Positions 54,873 to 63,802 of a stretch of 64,000 nucleotides of DNA are shown here, one piece after another. Positions within the stretch are counted from its first letter, which is position 1. Every line of letters begins with the position of its first letter. The notes beneath the pieces are model-generated. The model was not told where the DNA came from. It ran no database searches and saw only the letters and a program-made list of their open reading frames with translations. The position numbers and the translations under genes are program-made. This stretch comes from Thermoanaerobaculia bacterium. GTDB taxonomy: Bacteria > Acidobacteriota > Thermoanaerobaculia > UBA5066 > Gp7-AA6. The stretch is taken from the NCBI GenBank assembly GCA_046716885.1, contig JBKJWL010000170.1, forward strand, positions 2,245 through 66,244, in the 5' to 3' direction.

Positions 54873-55684
54873 AGCGCGTCCCGGAGCATCTTGACGACCG
54901 GGCCGGGTTTTCCGCTGCCGATGGGCCGCCCCTCGACCGACACGACGGGATAGGTCCAGAGCGTCGTCGAGGCGAAGAAGACTTCCTGCGCCGCGTACAT
55001 CTCCTCGACGGTGAAGGCCCGCTCCTCGACCGTCAGCCCGAGCCGCCGCGCGGCCTCGATGGCCGCGACGCGCGTGACGCCAGGCAGGATCCGGGGGCCG
55101 TTCGGCGCTGTGCGCACGACGCCCTTCGCGGCCAGAAACAGGTTGGCCTTCGTGCCTTCGAGCGCGAACCCGTCGCGGACGAGGATCGCGTCGAGGGCGC
55201 CGGCCTCGCGCGCCTTCTGGGCGGCGAGAACGTTGGGCAGGAGCATGACGGTCTTGATGTCGCAGCGGCCCCAACGCTCGTCGGTCAGCAGGATCGCCTT
55301 TCCGCCCTCGGGGGGCGGGGCCGGGTCCGTCTCGCGCGCGAAGGCGAACACCGTGGGCGCCGTTGTCTCCGGCGGGAAGGCGTGGTACCGCGGACCGGCG
55401 CCGCGGGAGACCTGGGCGTAGACGAAGGCATCCTTGTCCGCCAGGCCGTTCTCGGCGAGCAGCCTCTCGCCGACGGAGGGAAAGAAGTCGGGATTGGCCC
55501 GGATGCGGATCGCGTCCAGGCCCTCGCGCATGCGGGCGAGGTGCTCCGCGAGGCGGTAGGGCCGGCCCCGGTCGTACCGGACGACCTCGTAGATCGCGTC
55601 GGCGAAGAGGAATCCGCGGTCGAGTGGCGAGATTCCCGCTTCGTTTTCGGGCACGAAACGGCCGTTCAGGTACAGGATCGCCAT
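54827..55684 (-). CDS. Class IV (D-amino acid / branched-chain) aminotransferase
   Basis: 285 aa. Motifs are LDRGFLFADAIYEV, RCDIKT and EGTKANLF. Its 3' end overlaps the queF 3' end by 46 nt. Confidence 0.85.
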   Translation of the reverse strand: MAILYLNGRFVPENEAGISPLDRGFLFADAIYEVVRYDRGRPYRLAEHLARMREGLDAIRIRANPDFFPSVGERLLAENGLADKDAFVYAQVSRGAGPRYHAFPPETTAPTVFAFARETDPAPPPEGGKAILLTDERWGRCDIKTVMLLPNVLAAQKAREAGALDAILVRDGFALEGTKANLFLAAKGVVRTAPNGPRILPGVTRVAAIEAARRLGLTVEERAFTVEEMYAAQEVFFASTTLWTYPVVSVEGRPIGSGKPGPVVKMLRDALYEEFRAPAPAASRG

Positions 55685-55697
55685 CGCCGAAATGCTA

Positions 55698-56492
55698 TCA
55701 GCGGCGTTTCCGCGCCTCGAACTCCCGGGCTACCCGCGCGAGATCCTCGCTGCCGGCGAGCTTGCGGTAGGCCTCCTCCGCCGCCGGGAGGTTTCGTTCG
55801 AGCGCCCCGCGCCGGCCGCGGCGCAACAGCTCGCGGGCCGCGGCCAGGGCGTCCGGCGCGGCGGAGAGGATCCGCTCCGCCAGCCGCTCGGTCTCCTGCG
55901 CCAGGCGCTCGGCGGGCACCGCCCGGGCTGCGAACCCCGCCTCGGAGGCCTCACGGCCCGAGCGGATCGCCCCCGAAAGGATCCACTCCGCGGCGCGCGC
56001 CTCGCCGATGCGCTCCGGGAGCAGCGCACAGGCTCCCGGCGGAAAGCACGCATGGCGGATTTCGGGGAAACCGACCCGCGCGTCCTCGGCCACGAGAACC
56101 AGATCGCAGGCGGACACGATCTCCGCCCCGCCGCCCAGGCACGCGCCCGAGACCGCGGCGAGGGTGACCGCGGGCGTTTCCACGAGCGCCGTGAGGACCT
56201 CTCGCATCGCCGCCAGCATTGCCTCGATGCGGGAAGGCTCCGGAACGTGATCGGCCAGGGAGACGCCCGCCGAAAAGGCCCGCGGCAGGCCCGTCAGCAC
56301 GAGGAGCCGGGCCGGGCGCGAGGCCACGACCTGCCGGGCGAGCTCCGACAGAGAAACCGTGTCGAGAACGTTGACGGGGGGGATCTCGAGGTACAGGTCC
56401 GCCCGAGCCCGATCGCGCGAGCGCTCGAGCCGGATTCCCGTGCGCGAGGGGGAGCGGGGATCCGCGAGGTCCCCCGCCCGCGAAATGCTCAC
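55698..56492 (-). CDS. Enoyl-CoA hydratase/isomerase family protein
   Basis: 264 aa with GTG start (GTGA overlap with the upstream stop). Motifs are AFSAGVSL, AAVSGACLGGGAEIVSACDLVL and GFPEI. Confidence 0.75.
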   Translation of the reverse strand: MSISRAGDLADPRSPSRTGIRLERSRDRARADLYLEIPPVNVLDTVSLSELARQVVASRPARLLVLTGLPRAFSAGVSLADHVPEPSRIEAMLAAMREVLTALVETPAVTLAAVSGACLGGGAEIVSACDLVLVAEDARVGFPEIRHACFPPGACALLPERIGEARAAEWILSGAIRSGREASEAGFAARAVPAERLAQETERLAERILSAAPDALAAARELLRRGRRGALERNLPAAEEAYRKLAGSEDLARVAREFEARKRR

Positions 56493-57442
56493 TTGCCCGC
56501 GGGAGTCGGGACGGGAGTCGGCGCCGGCGTCGGCTTGCGGCTCGCCTTCTCGCGCAGCGAGCGCGCGGCCGCCTTGACGTTGGCGATGTGCGCCTCCGTC
56601 ACCGGGACGTTCTCGATCCGGTTCTCGGGAGCGCGCACGAGGATCTCGATCGCCTCTTCCGTCTGGCCGCTCTCGACGATCTTCTTCGCGAGCTCGTTGA
56701 CGCGCCGCAGGTAGGCGTACGAATCGGCGAGGCCGGCCTTCGGCCCGATCTGGCCGTGCCCGGGGACGAGCTTCTCGACCGACACCCGCGAGAGCGCCTG
56801 GAGTGCACGCTCCCAGCCGGCGGGGTCCACGTCTGGCGACTGCAGGAAGGGCAGAAGGGCGTTCAACGCCAGGTCTCCGGCGAAGAGGATCTTCTCGGAG
56901 GACAGATAGATGGCGAGGTCCCCCTTCGTGTGGGCCGCGCCGAGGAAGTAGATCTGGATGTTGTGGATCCCGTCGACGAAAATCGCGCGCTCCGAGATCG
57001 ACTCGACGACCGGGCGCAGAGTCGGCTTGCCGGCCATCGGGTCTGCGGGGTCCGTCGCGACCTGGCTGACGAAGGCCAGGATCTGGCTGACGACGTTCTC
57101 CTGGCAGATGACGCGCGCGCCCGCCGCGACGAAGGCCCGCGCGCCGCCGCTGTGGTCCGCGTGCGAGTGGGTCAGGACCAGGACGCGCACGGGTTTGCCG
57201 CCCGTGGTCTCCGCGATCTGTTTGAGGATCGCCTGCCCCGTCGCCGCGTCGATCCCCGCGTCGACCGCGACGACGCCGTCGCCGAGCAGGAACCAGCCCA
57301 CGTTGGCTCCCTTCTCGGGGCTGGCCGCCCAGACGCCGTCGGCGAGCTTCTCGACTCGGAGCCCGGACTGGGCGGCCAGGGGCGCCGCCAGCGCGGCCGC
57401 CGCCGCCAGGGTCAGGGTCAGGATTCCCGCACGCATGCGCAT
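56489..57442 (-). CDS. Secreted MBL-fold metallo-hydrolase
   Basis: 317 aa. The signal peptide is MRMRAGILTLTLAAAAALAAPLAAQ. Motifs are THSHADHSGG, GAAHTKGD and PGHG. Confidence 0.8.
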   Translation of the reverse strand: MRMRAGILTLTLAAAAALAAPLAAQSGLRVEKLADGVWAASPEKGANVGWFLLGDGVVAVDAGIDAATGQAILKQIAETTGGKPVRVLVLTHSHADHSGGARAFVAAGARVICQENVVSQILAFVSQVATDPADPMAGKPTLRPVVESISERAIFVDGIHNIQIYFLGAAHTKGDLAIYLSSEKILFAGDLALNALLPFLQSPDVDPAGWERALQALSRVSVEKLVPGHGQIGPKAGLADSYAYLRRVNELAKKIVESGQTEEAIEILVRAPENRIENVPVTEAHIANVKAAARSLREKASRKPTPAPTPVPTPAGK

Positions 57443-57455
57443 CAGAAAAGCCCCT

Positions 57456-58214
57456 TCACTCTATTTTTGTCCCGGAATCCGCGACCACAACACGGGAGCC
57501 CGCCGGAAATTCCGTCAGGATCGGGGCGCCGGCCCGATCGCGCGCCGCGCGGACGAAATCGGCGAAGAGGCGCTCCGACACCAAGTCTCCGGCGAGGTTC
57601 TCCGGGTGCCACTGCACGGCCAGCAGCCACGGCCCGCCGACGGACTCGACCGCCTCGGCAACGCCGTCCGGCGCCGTGCCCGAAACCGCGAGGCCGGGCG
57701 CCAGCCGCTCGATCGCCTGGTGATGCCGGCTGTTGACCGCGATCTCGGAAGCGCCGGCGATCCCCGCCAGGAGCGTTCCGGGAGTCACCGCGACCTGGTG
57801 GTCACGGCGCGTCTTCTCGTCCGGGGTCCGCTGGTGCACGACCTCCGACGGCCGCTCGCTCGGGATGTCCTGTACGAGCGTTCCGCCGAGCGCCACGTTG
57901 ACTACCTGCAGACCCCGGCAGATGCCGAGTACCGGGGTTCCGGCCCGGCGCGCCCTTTCCAGCAGTGCGAAGTCGATCGCGTCCCGCTCGGCGTCGATCT
58001 CGACGGTCCCGTTCTCGAGGACGGTCCTGCCATAGCGCTCCGGATCGACGTCGATGCCTCCGCCGAGCACGAGCGCGTCGAAGGGCCGCGTCGACGGCGC
58101 GACAGGGGTCACGACCTCGATCGCGGATCGCGGCACGCCCGCGGCCGCGAGCGCCCGCAGGTAGTCGTTGGCGTCCGGGTCGGCGTCCCGGTCGAGTGTG
58201 AGCGCGATGATCAT
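57456..58214 (-). CDS. Class I glutamine amidotransferase-like hydrolase (PuuD / peptidase C26 type)
   Basis: Track ORF trimmed to ATG 58214 (ATGA overlap with the thiolase stop). Motifs are GGIDVDP, PVLGICRGLQ and AVQWHPE. Confidence 0.8.
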   Translation of the reverse strand: MIIALTLDRDADPDANDYLRALAAAGVPRSAIEVVTPVAPSTRPFDALVLGGGIDVDPERYGRTVLENGTVEIDAERDAIDFALLERARRAGTPVLGICRGLQVVNVALGGTLVQDIPSERPSEVVHQRTPDEKTRRDHQVAVTPGTLLAGIAGASEIAVNSRHHQAIERLAPGLAVSGTAPDGVAEAVESVGGPWLLAVQWHPENLAGDLVSERLFADFVRAARDRAGAPILTEFPAGSRVVVADSGTKIE

Positions 58215-59389
58215 GGCCGCTCGAAGAGCACGGCCATCCCCATGCCGCCGGAGACGCACAGGGTGGCGATGCCGCGTCGCGCCCCGCGGCGCTTCATCTC
58301 GTGGAGCAGCGTCGTCGAGATCCGGGCGCCGGTGGCGCCGATCGGGTGGCCGAGCGCGATCGCCCCGCCGTTCACGTTGACCTTGGCGAGGTCGAGCGAC
58401 AGGTCGCGGGCGCACGCGATGACCTGCGCCGCGAAGGCCTCGTTCAACTCCAGGAGGTCGATGTCGGCGAGCTGGAGGCCGCTCTTTTCGAGGAGTCTGC
58501 GAATCGCGGGCACTGGCCCGATCCCCATCCTCGCGGGATCGACGCCCGCCGAGGTCCATGCGGCGACCCGGGCGAGCGGCTCGACGCCGGCCTTGCGGAC
58601 TTCCTCCTCCGTGGCGAGCACGAGGGCAGCGGCGCCGTCGGTGATCCCCGAGGAGTTCCCGGCGTGGACCGTGCCCTGCGGGTCGAAGACCGGAGGCAGC
58701 TTCGAGAGCGATGCCGCGGTCGAGTCGGGCCGGGGGTGCTCGTCCTGCGCGACCTCGGTCGGCCCCCTCTTCCCAGGAATCGTGACCGGAACGATCTCGT
58801 CCGCGAAGCGCCCCGCCGCCATCGCCTCATCGGCCCGCCGCTGGGACTCGGCCGCGTAAGCGTCCTGCTCGGCCCGGAGGATGCCGTACTCGCGCGCGAG
58901 CGTCTCGGCGGTCTCGCCCATGAGCTGTCCGCACAGGGCGCAGAGAAACCCGTCGCGATACATCCCGTCGACGATCTCGGAATGGCCCATGCGCGTGCCG
59001 AAGCGGACCCGCGGCAGCAAGTAGGGCGTGGCCGACATGCACTCTGTCCCGCCGGCGAGCACGACCTCGTTCTCCCCCGCGGCGATCGTCAGAGCTCCGA
59101 GCGTGAGGGCCTTGAGCGACGACGCGCAGGCCTTGTTCACCGTGAAGGCCGGAACCGCGTCGGGAACCCCGGCGCGGTGCGCCACCTGACGGGCCGTGTT
59201 GGGTCCGCCGCCGGCCTGACGCGCGTGGCCGAAGATGGTCTCGTCCACGGCCGCCGCGGGAAGTCCCGAGCGCTCCAGCGCCGCTTTCGCGGCCGGCTCG
59301 CCGAGTTCCGCCGGGGTCAGCGAGGCGAATGCGCCGCCGAACTTGCCGATGGGAGTGCGGACCGCGGAGAGAACGAAAACGGGGCGCAT
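58211..59389 (-). CDS. Acetyl-CoA C-acetyltransferase (thiolase II)
   Basis: 392 aa. Motifs are VNKACASSLKA, NEAFAAQ, NVNGGAIALGHPIGATG and CVSGGMG. Confidence 0.9.
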   Translation of the reverse strand: MRPVFVLSAVRTPIGKFGGAFASLTPAELGEPAAKAALERSGLPAAAVDETIFGHARQAGGGPNTARQVAHRAGVPDAVPAFTVNKACASSLKALTLGALTIAAGENEVVLAGGTECMSATPYLLPRVRFGTRMGHSEIVDGMYRDGFLCALCGQLMGETAETLAREYGILRAEQDAYAAESQRRADEAMAAGRFADEIVPVTIPGKRGPTEVAQDEHPRPDSTAASLSKLPPVFDPQGTVHAGNSSGITDGAAALVLATEEEVRKAGVEPLARVAAWTSAGVDPARMGIGPVPAIRRLLEKSGLQLADIDLLELNEAFAAQVIACARDLSLDLAKVNVNGGAIALGHPIGATGARISTTLLHEMKRRGARRGIATLCVSGGMGMAVLFERP

Positions 59390-59422
59390 GGAGGCAGAGA
59401 AGTATAGACGGGCGCCGCCCGG

Positions 59423-60349
59423 TCAGATCACCGGAAGGTGCACCGTAAAGGTCGAGCCCTTCCCCACCACGCTCTCGACGGTGACGCGGCCCTTGTGGGC
59501 CTCGACGATCCACCGGACGATCGAAAGACCCAGGCCCGAGCCCCCCGGGTTCGCGCGACGCGAGCGCTTGCTCCGAAAGAAACGCTCGAAGACGTAGGGC
59601 AGGTCCGCTTCGGGGATTCCGAGTCCCGTGTCGGAGACTTCTAGCAGCGCCTCGCCCGGAGCCGCGGCGATGCGGACCTGGATCCGGCCCCCGGGGTCCG
59701 TGTAGCGCAGCGCGTTCTCGAGCAGATTGTGCATCACCTGCTGGAGCCGCCCGGAATCGGCGAAGACGTAGACCGGCGCGCCCGGCTCGGAGGCGGTCAG
59801 CGTGATTCCGCGGTCGGCCGCAAGCGGGGCCAGATCGCGTACGGTCTCGGCGGCGAAGCGGCGCAGATCCAGATTCGCGAAGGAGAGCGTAACGCGTCCG
59901 CTTTCGCCCCGAGTCAGGAAGAGGAGGTTCTGCGAGATGCGGGTCAGGTGGCGGACCTCCAGCAGGGCGTTGCCGATCGCCTCGCGATACTCCTCGGCGG
60001 GCCGGTCCTCCTCGAGAACCACTTCGAGCGAGCCGCGCAGCACGGTCAGGGGCGTACGCAGCTCGTGCGACACGTCGGCGATGAACTGGTTCTGCTGCTT
60101 CTCGGTGGACGCGAGCGCGTCGAGGCGCGCGTTGATCTTCTCGACGACCTCCCGCGCCTCCTCCGGAAGGTCCTCGGCGGGGATGCGCAGGAGCGGGTAC
60201 CGCTCCGTCTCCTCGAAACGCTTGCGGATCGCCGCCAGCGGCGAGGGCTCGGCGCTGATCGGCGCGCCGCGGGGCTTCCTCCAGAGGGCCACCGGCGGGC
60301 CGGCCTCAGGCCCCGGCGGCCGGGTCCGGCTCGCGGAGCCGGTAGCCAA
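59423..60349 (-). CDS. Histidine kinase lacking TM and sensor domains (HisKA + HATPase_c only)
   Basis: 308 aa, or about 289 aa from GTG 60292. The H-box is FIADVSHELRTPL, with N, G1 and G2 boxes NLLENALRYT, DTGLGI and GGSGLGLS. The first ~85 aa contain no hydrophobic segment. Confidence 0.8.
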   Translation of the reverse strand: MATGSASRTRPPGPEAGPPVALWRKPRGAPISAEPSPLAAIRKRFEETERYPLLRIPAEDLPEEAREVVEKINARLDALASTEKQQNQFIADVSHELRTPLTVLRGSLEVVLEEDRPAEEYREAIGNALLEVRHLTRISQNLLFLTRGESGRVTLSFANLDLRRFAAETVRDLAPLAADRGITLTASEPGAPVYVFADSGRLQQVMHNLLENALRYTDPGGRIQVRIAAAPGEALLEVSDTGLGIPEADLPYVFERFFRSKRSRRANPGGSGLGLSIVRWIVEAHKGRVTVESVVGKGSTFTVHLPVI

Positions 60350-60998
60350 CGCCGCGTACCGTCTGGATGAGCCGTTCCCGATCGCCGCCGTCGATCTTCT
60401 TTCGGAGCGAGTTGATGAAGACGTCGATGATGTTCGTCGAGAGATCGAACGAGTCCTCCCAGATGCGGGCCTGGATCTCCGACCGCGAGACGACCTTGCC
60501 TCGGCGGCGCAGGAGGAGCTCGAAGAGCGCGCCCTCGCGGGCCGTCAGCCGCACCGTCTCGGATTCGCGGACGACCTCGCGGGACTCGGGGTCGTACGTC
60601 AGGTCCGGAAACACCAGAGGACCTTCCTCGACGACCTCGGTGCGCCGCAGGAGGGCCCGGATCCTCGCCAGCAGCTCGCGGAAGGAGAACGGCTTGACGA
60701 GGTAGTCGTCGGCGCCGGCGTCGAGGCCCTCGATCTTGTTCTCGACCGTGTCCCGGGCTGTCAGCATCAGGATCTTGGCTCGCGAGCCGCGAGAGCGCAG
60801 CTCGCGGCAGAGCTCCAGGCCGTCGCGCGAGCCGGGCAGCAGGAGGTCGAGGATGATGAGGTCCGGCACCATCGCCTCGGCCTTCTCGAGGCCCGTGTCG
60901 GCGTCCCCGACGGTTTCCACGACGTAGCCCTTCTCTGTCAAGCCCTTCCGCAGAAACTGCGCGATCCGCTGCTCGTCCTCGATGACGAGGACCTTCAA
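60306..60998 (-). CDS. OmpR/PhoB-family response regulator
   Basis: 230 aa with TTG start. Motifs are VLVIEDE, DLIILDLLLPG, LMLTAR, KPFSF.EL and a winged helix ending RGVGYRL. Confidence 0.9.
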   Translation of the reverse strand: MKVLVIEDEQRIAQFLRKGLTEKGYVVETVGDADTGLEKAEAMVPDLIILDLLLPGSRDGLELCRELRSRGSRAKILMLTARDTVENKIEGLDAGADDYLVKPFSFRELLARIRALLRRTEVVEEGPLVFPDLTYDPESREVVRESETVRLTAREGALFELLLRRRGKVVSRSEIQARIWEDSFDLSTNIIDVFINSLRKKIDGGDRERLIQTVRGVGYRLREPDPAAGA

Positions 60999-61210
60999 GG
61001 CTTCTCCTCGCCCGAGCCCGGGGCCTCCTCGCGGCCGCCGCGCGGATTGAGAACGAAGGAGAGGACGAAGACAGACCCCGCGCCAGCGGCGAAGCCCGCG
61101 GCAAACGAGGAGGCCGGCTGGGGCGCCGCCACGGCGACGATCGCCCCGGCCGCCAGCAGGCCGAAGAGCAGAGGTCGGGAGACGGCGATCGGCGGCACGG
61201 GGGCGATCAT
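60995..61210 (-). CDS. 71-aa putative two-TM small membrane protein
   Basis: ATG 61210. The stop forms a TTGA overlap with the response-regulator start. The product is MIAPVPPIAVSRPLLFGLLAAGAIVAVAAP...FAAGAGSVFVLSFVLNP. This call is speculative. Confidence 0.3.
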   Translation of the reverse strand: MIAPVPPIAVSRPLLFGLLAAGAIVAVAAPQPASSFAAGFAAGAGSVFVLSFVLNPRGGREEAPGSGEEKP

Positions 61211-61256
61211 AGGGCTCAGGACCGGTATTATGTCCGCCTTAAGGGAGGAGCAAGAA

Positions 61257-61787
61257 ATGAGAAAATCCGGTTTCTTCGCAGTCGTGGGAATCGCCTCGGG
61301 CGCGCTCGTGGGCCTGTCGTGCGCTTCCCTCGCGGCGTCGGACGGCGCCAAAGCGACAACCGTGATCGAGTCGAAGAGCGGCTCCAAGGTCACCGGCAAG
61401 GCGACCTTCACGGAGCTCGCCTCGGGAGGAACCAGGGCCGAGATCTGGATCGAGAACGCGACGCCGGGGATCCACGGGCTTCACCTCCACGAGAAAGGCG
61501 ACTGCTCGGCTCCGGACGCCTCGTCGGCCGGGGCGCACTTCAACGCGTCGGGGAACCCCCACGCCGGACCGCAGGACGCCAAGCACCACAACGGGGACTT
61601 CGGCAACATCACGATCGGCGCCGACGGGAAGGGGCATCTCGAGATCACGTCCGACCTGCTGACAGTCAAGCCGGGCCCCAACTCCGTCGTCGGCAAGTCG
61701 GTCGTGTTTCACGAGAAGGCCGACGATCTGAAGTCGCAACCCTCGGGAGACGCCGGCGGGAGGCTCGGCTGCGGGGTGATCCAGTAG
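61257..61787 (+). CDS. sodC: Periplasmic Cu/Zn superoxide dismutase
   Basis: Track ORF 59802..61787 trimmed to ATG 61257, with AAGGGAGGAG upstream. A signal peptide is present. Motifs are GIHGLHLHEKGDC, HHNGDFGN, VVFHEKADD and GGRLGCGVI. Confidence 0.9.
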   Translation: MRKSGFFAVVGIASGALVGLSCASLAASDGAKATTVIESKSGSKVTGKATFTELASGGTRAEIWIENATPGIHGLHLHEKGDCSAPDASSAGAHFNASGNPHAGPQDAKHHNGDFGNITIGADGKGHLEITSDLLTVKPGPNSVVGKSVVFHEKADDLKSQPSGDAGGRLGCGVIQ

Positions 61788-61815
61788 CCGATTCTCCGTC
61801 GGCTCGGTTCGCTTC

Positions 61816-63267
61816 ATGACGAAGCCGACGTTCGACCTTCTTCCAGGGGAACTGCGCCGTCTCGGCGAGCTGGCCGCGGATGCCGTGGCCTCGCACCGGG
61901 AGGAGCTCCTGGACCGCCCCGTCTTCGGCAAGGTCGGGGAGAAGGCCGCCCTCTTCGACGAGCCTCTGCCCGAGGAGGGCTCGTCCTTCGAAGAAGTCCT
62001 GTCGTTCGTGCGCGAGCACGTGATGCCCTTCCCGATGGGTAACTCGCACCCGCGCTTCTTCGGCTTCATCAACGCGACCGCGGACCCGGTCGGGATCCTG
62101 GCAGACTTCCTGGCCGCCGGGATGAACCCGAACTGCTGGGGCGGCGACCATGCCGCAAACCACGTCGAGACCCGCGTGATGGCCTGGCTCGCGACGATGC
62201 TCGGCTACCCCGCGTCGGCCGAAGGGATCCTGGTCTCGGGCGGCTCGATGGCGAACTTCACCGCGCTCGCGGCGGCGCGCCGCGCGATGACAGCGGGCAA
62301 CGTCCGGGAGGAGGGTCTCGCGGGGCCGGACCGGCCGCGCCTGACGGTCTACGCCTCCGACCAGGTTCACTCCTGCGTGGACAAGGCCGTGGACCTCCTC
62401 GGGATCGGCACCGGGCAGCTCCGCAAAATCGAAACCGACGCGGACTTCCGCATCCGGACGGACGCTCTCGCGGCGGCCGTCGCCGCGGACCGCGCGGCCG
62501 GGTATCTCCCGGCGATCGTGGTCGGCAACGCGGGCACGGTCAACACCGGCGCCATCGACCCGCTGGACAAGCTCGCCGACTTCTGCGCCCGCGAGAAGCT
62601 CTGGTTCCACGTGGACGGCGCCTACGGCGCCCTCGCGACGATGGTTCCGGAGCTCCATCCGCTCTTCGCCGGAATGGAGCGCGCCGATTCGATCGCCGCG
62701 GACCCGCACAAGTGGCTCTACGTCCCCTACGAGGCGGGCGCCACGCTCGTGCGTGAGCCCGGACGGCTGGCGGCCGCTTTCCGGAAGTTCCCCGAGTACC
62801 TCGCCGCTGACCCGGACAGTCCCTTTCCGGGGCCCTCCTGGTTCGCGGAACGTGGGGTGGAGCTTTCGCGCGGGTTCAAGGCCCTCAAGGTCTGGATGGG
62901 GCTGAAGACGCACGGCCGCCGCGCCTACGCCGAGCAGATCGCCAATGACGTGCGCCTCGCCCAATTCCTGGCCGCAGAAGTGGACCGCCGGCCCGACTTC
63001 GAGCGGCTGGCGGACTCCGTGCTCTCGATCGCGAACTTCCGCTACCGCCCCGCGGACCGCGCGCTGTCAGACGCCGAGCTCGACCGGGTCAACCGGAAGA
63101 TCATCAACCGCCTCGTCGGCGAGGGCTCGTTCTTCCTCGCCCCGACGATCTTGAAGGGACGCACCGCCCTGCGAGTCTCGATCACCAACTTTCGCACGCG
63201 CGAGGGGGACCTGACCGGCCTGCTCGACGAGACGGAGAGGCTGGGACGGGAGATAATCGCCGGGTAG
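61816..63267 (+). CDS. Group II PLP-dependent (aromatic-L-amino-acid/glutamate-type) decarboxylase
   Basis: 483 aa. Motifs are SGGSMANFTAL, HVDGAYGA and DPHKWLYVPYEAG (PLP lysine). Confidence 0.85.
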   Translation: MTKPTFDLLPGELRRLGELAADAVASHREELLDRPVFGKVGEKAALFDEPLPEEGSSFEEVLSFVREHVMPFPMGNSHPRFFGFINATADPVGILADFLAAGMNPNCWGGDHAANHVETRVMAWLATMLGYPASAEGILVSGGSMANFTALAAARRAMTAGNVREEGLAGPDRPRLTVYASDQVHSCVDKAVDLLGIGTGQLRKIETDADFRIRTDALAAAVAADRAAGYLPAIVVGNAGTVNTGAIDPLDKLADFCAREKLWFHVDGAYGALATMVPELHPLFAGMERADSIAADPHKWLYVPYEAGATLVREPGRLAAAFRKFPEYLAADPDSPFPGPSWFAERGVELSRGFKALKVWMGLKTHGRRAYAEQIANDVRLAQFLAAEVDRRPDFERLADSVLSIANFRYRPADRALSDAELDRVNRKIINRLVGEGSFFLAPTILKGRTALRVSITNFRTREGDLTGLLDETERLGREIIAG

Positions 63268-63294
63268 GGGTGGTCCTAGCGGGGATTGACCGAC

Positions 63295-63789
63295 TCAAGA
63301 CCGCTTTTCCCACGCCTCCAGGTTTCGCTCGATCTGCCGCGCGTGCTTCTCGAGGTGCTCCGCGTAGGTGGCGAGCCAGTCGTCCCCGGTATAGGGGCCG
63401 GATTCGGTATGGGTGCCCTCGACGGCCCAGGCGGCATCGGGCAGCCGCCTCAAAAGCGCGGCCGTGTTGGCGCGGACAGCTTCGACGGCCGCCATCGCCG
63501 GCTCGACCGGCGCCGAGTGGTAGTCGAAGATCCGGGCCCAGTGCTCCTGGTCGTAGCCGACGATCAACGGCTTGGGCTCGGCCGCCAGGAACCGGATTCG
63601 TGTCGCCGCGTTCGTCTCGGAGTCGGCGGCGTGGCAGACGACCTCGTGTGCCGACCACTTGCCCGCGGCGGGCCGCCACTTGCGCGCCTCCGGCGGGACT
63701 CTCTCCCAGGCCGCGCGCAACCTCGCGGGCCCTTCCTCGTAGCTGCGGATCAGGGCTTCGCGCTCGGATCGGGAATGGGTCATCGGCAT
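63295..63789 (-). CDS. DinB-family (DinB_2) protein
   Basis: 164 aa. Motifs are WSAHEVVCHAADSE and YAEHLEKHARQI. Confidence 0.75.
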   Translation of the reverse strand: MPMTHSRSEREALIRSYEEGPARLRAAWERVPPEARKWRPAAGKWSAHEVVCHAADSETNAATRIRFLAAEPKPLIVGYDQEHWARIFDYHSAPVEPAMAAVEAVRANTAALLRRLPDAAWAVEGTHTESGPYTGDDWLATYAEHLEKHARQIERNLEAWEKRS

Positions 63790-63802
63790 TTCCTCCTCAC
63801 CG

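Noticed and set aside
61211-61411. N-terminal half of the 138-aa minus-strand ORF 60995..61411
   Set aside because: It overlaps the sodC start and its ribosome-binding site on the other strand, and it has no membrane or motif character. Only the distal 71 codons, from ATG 61210, were kept as a low-confidence call.
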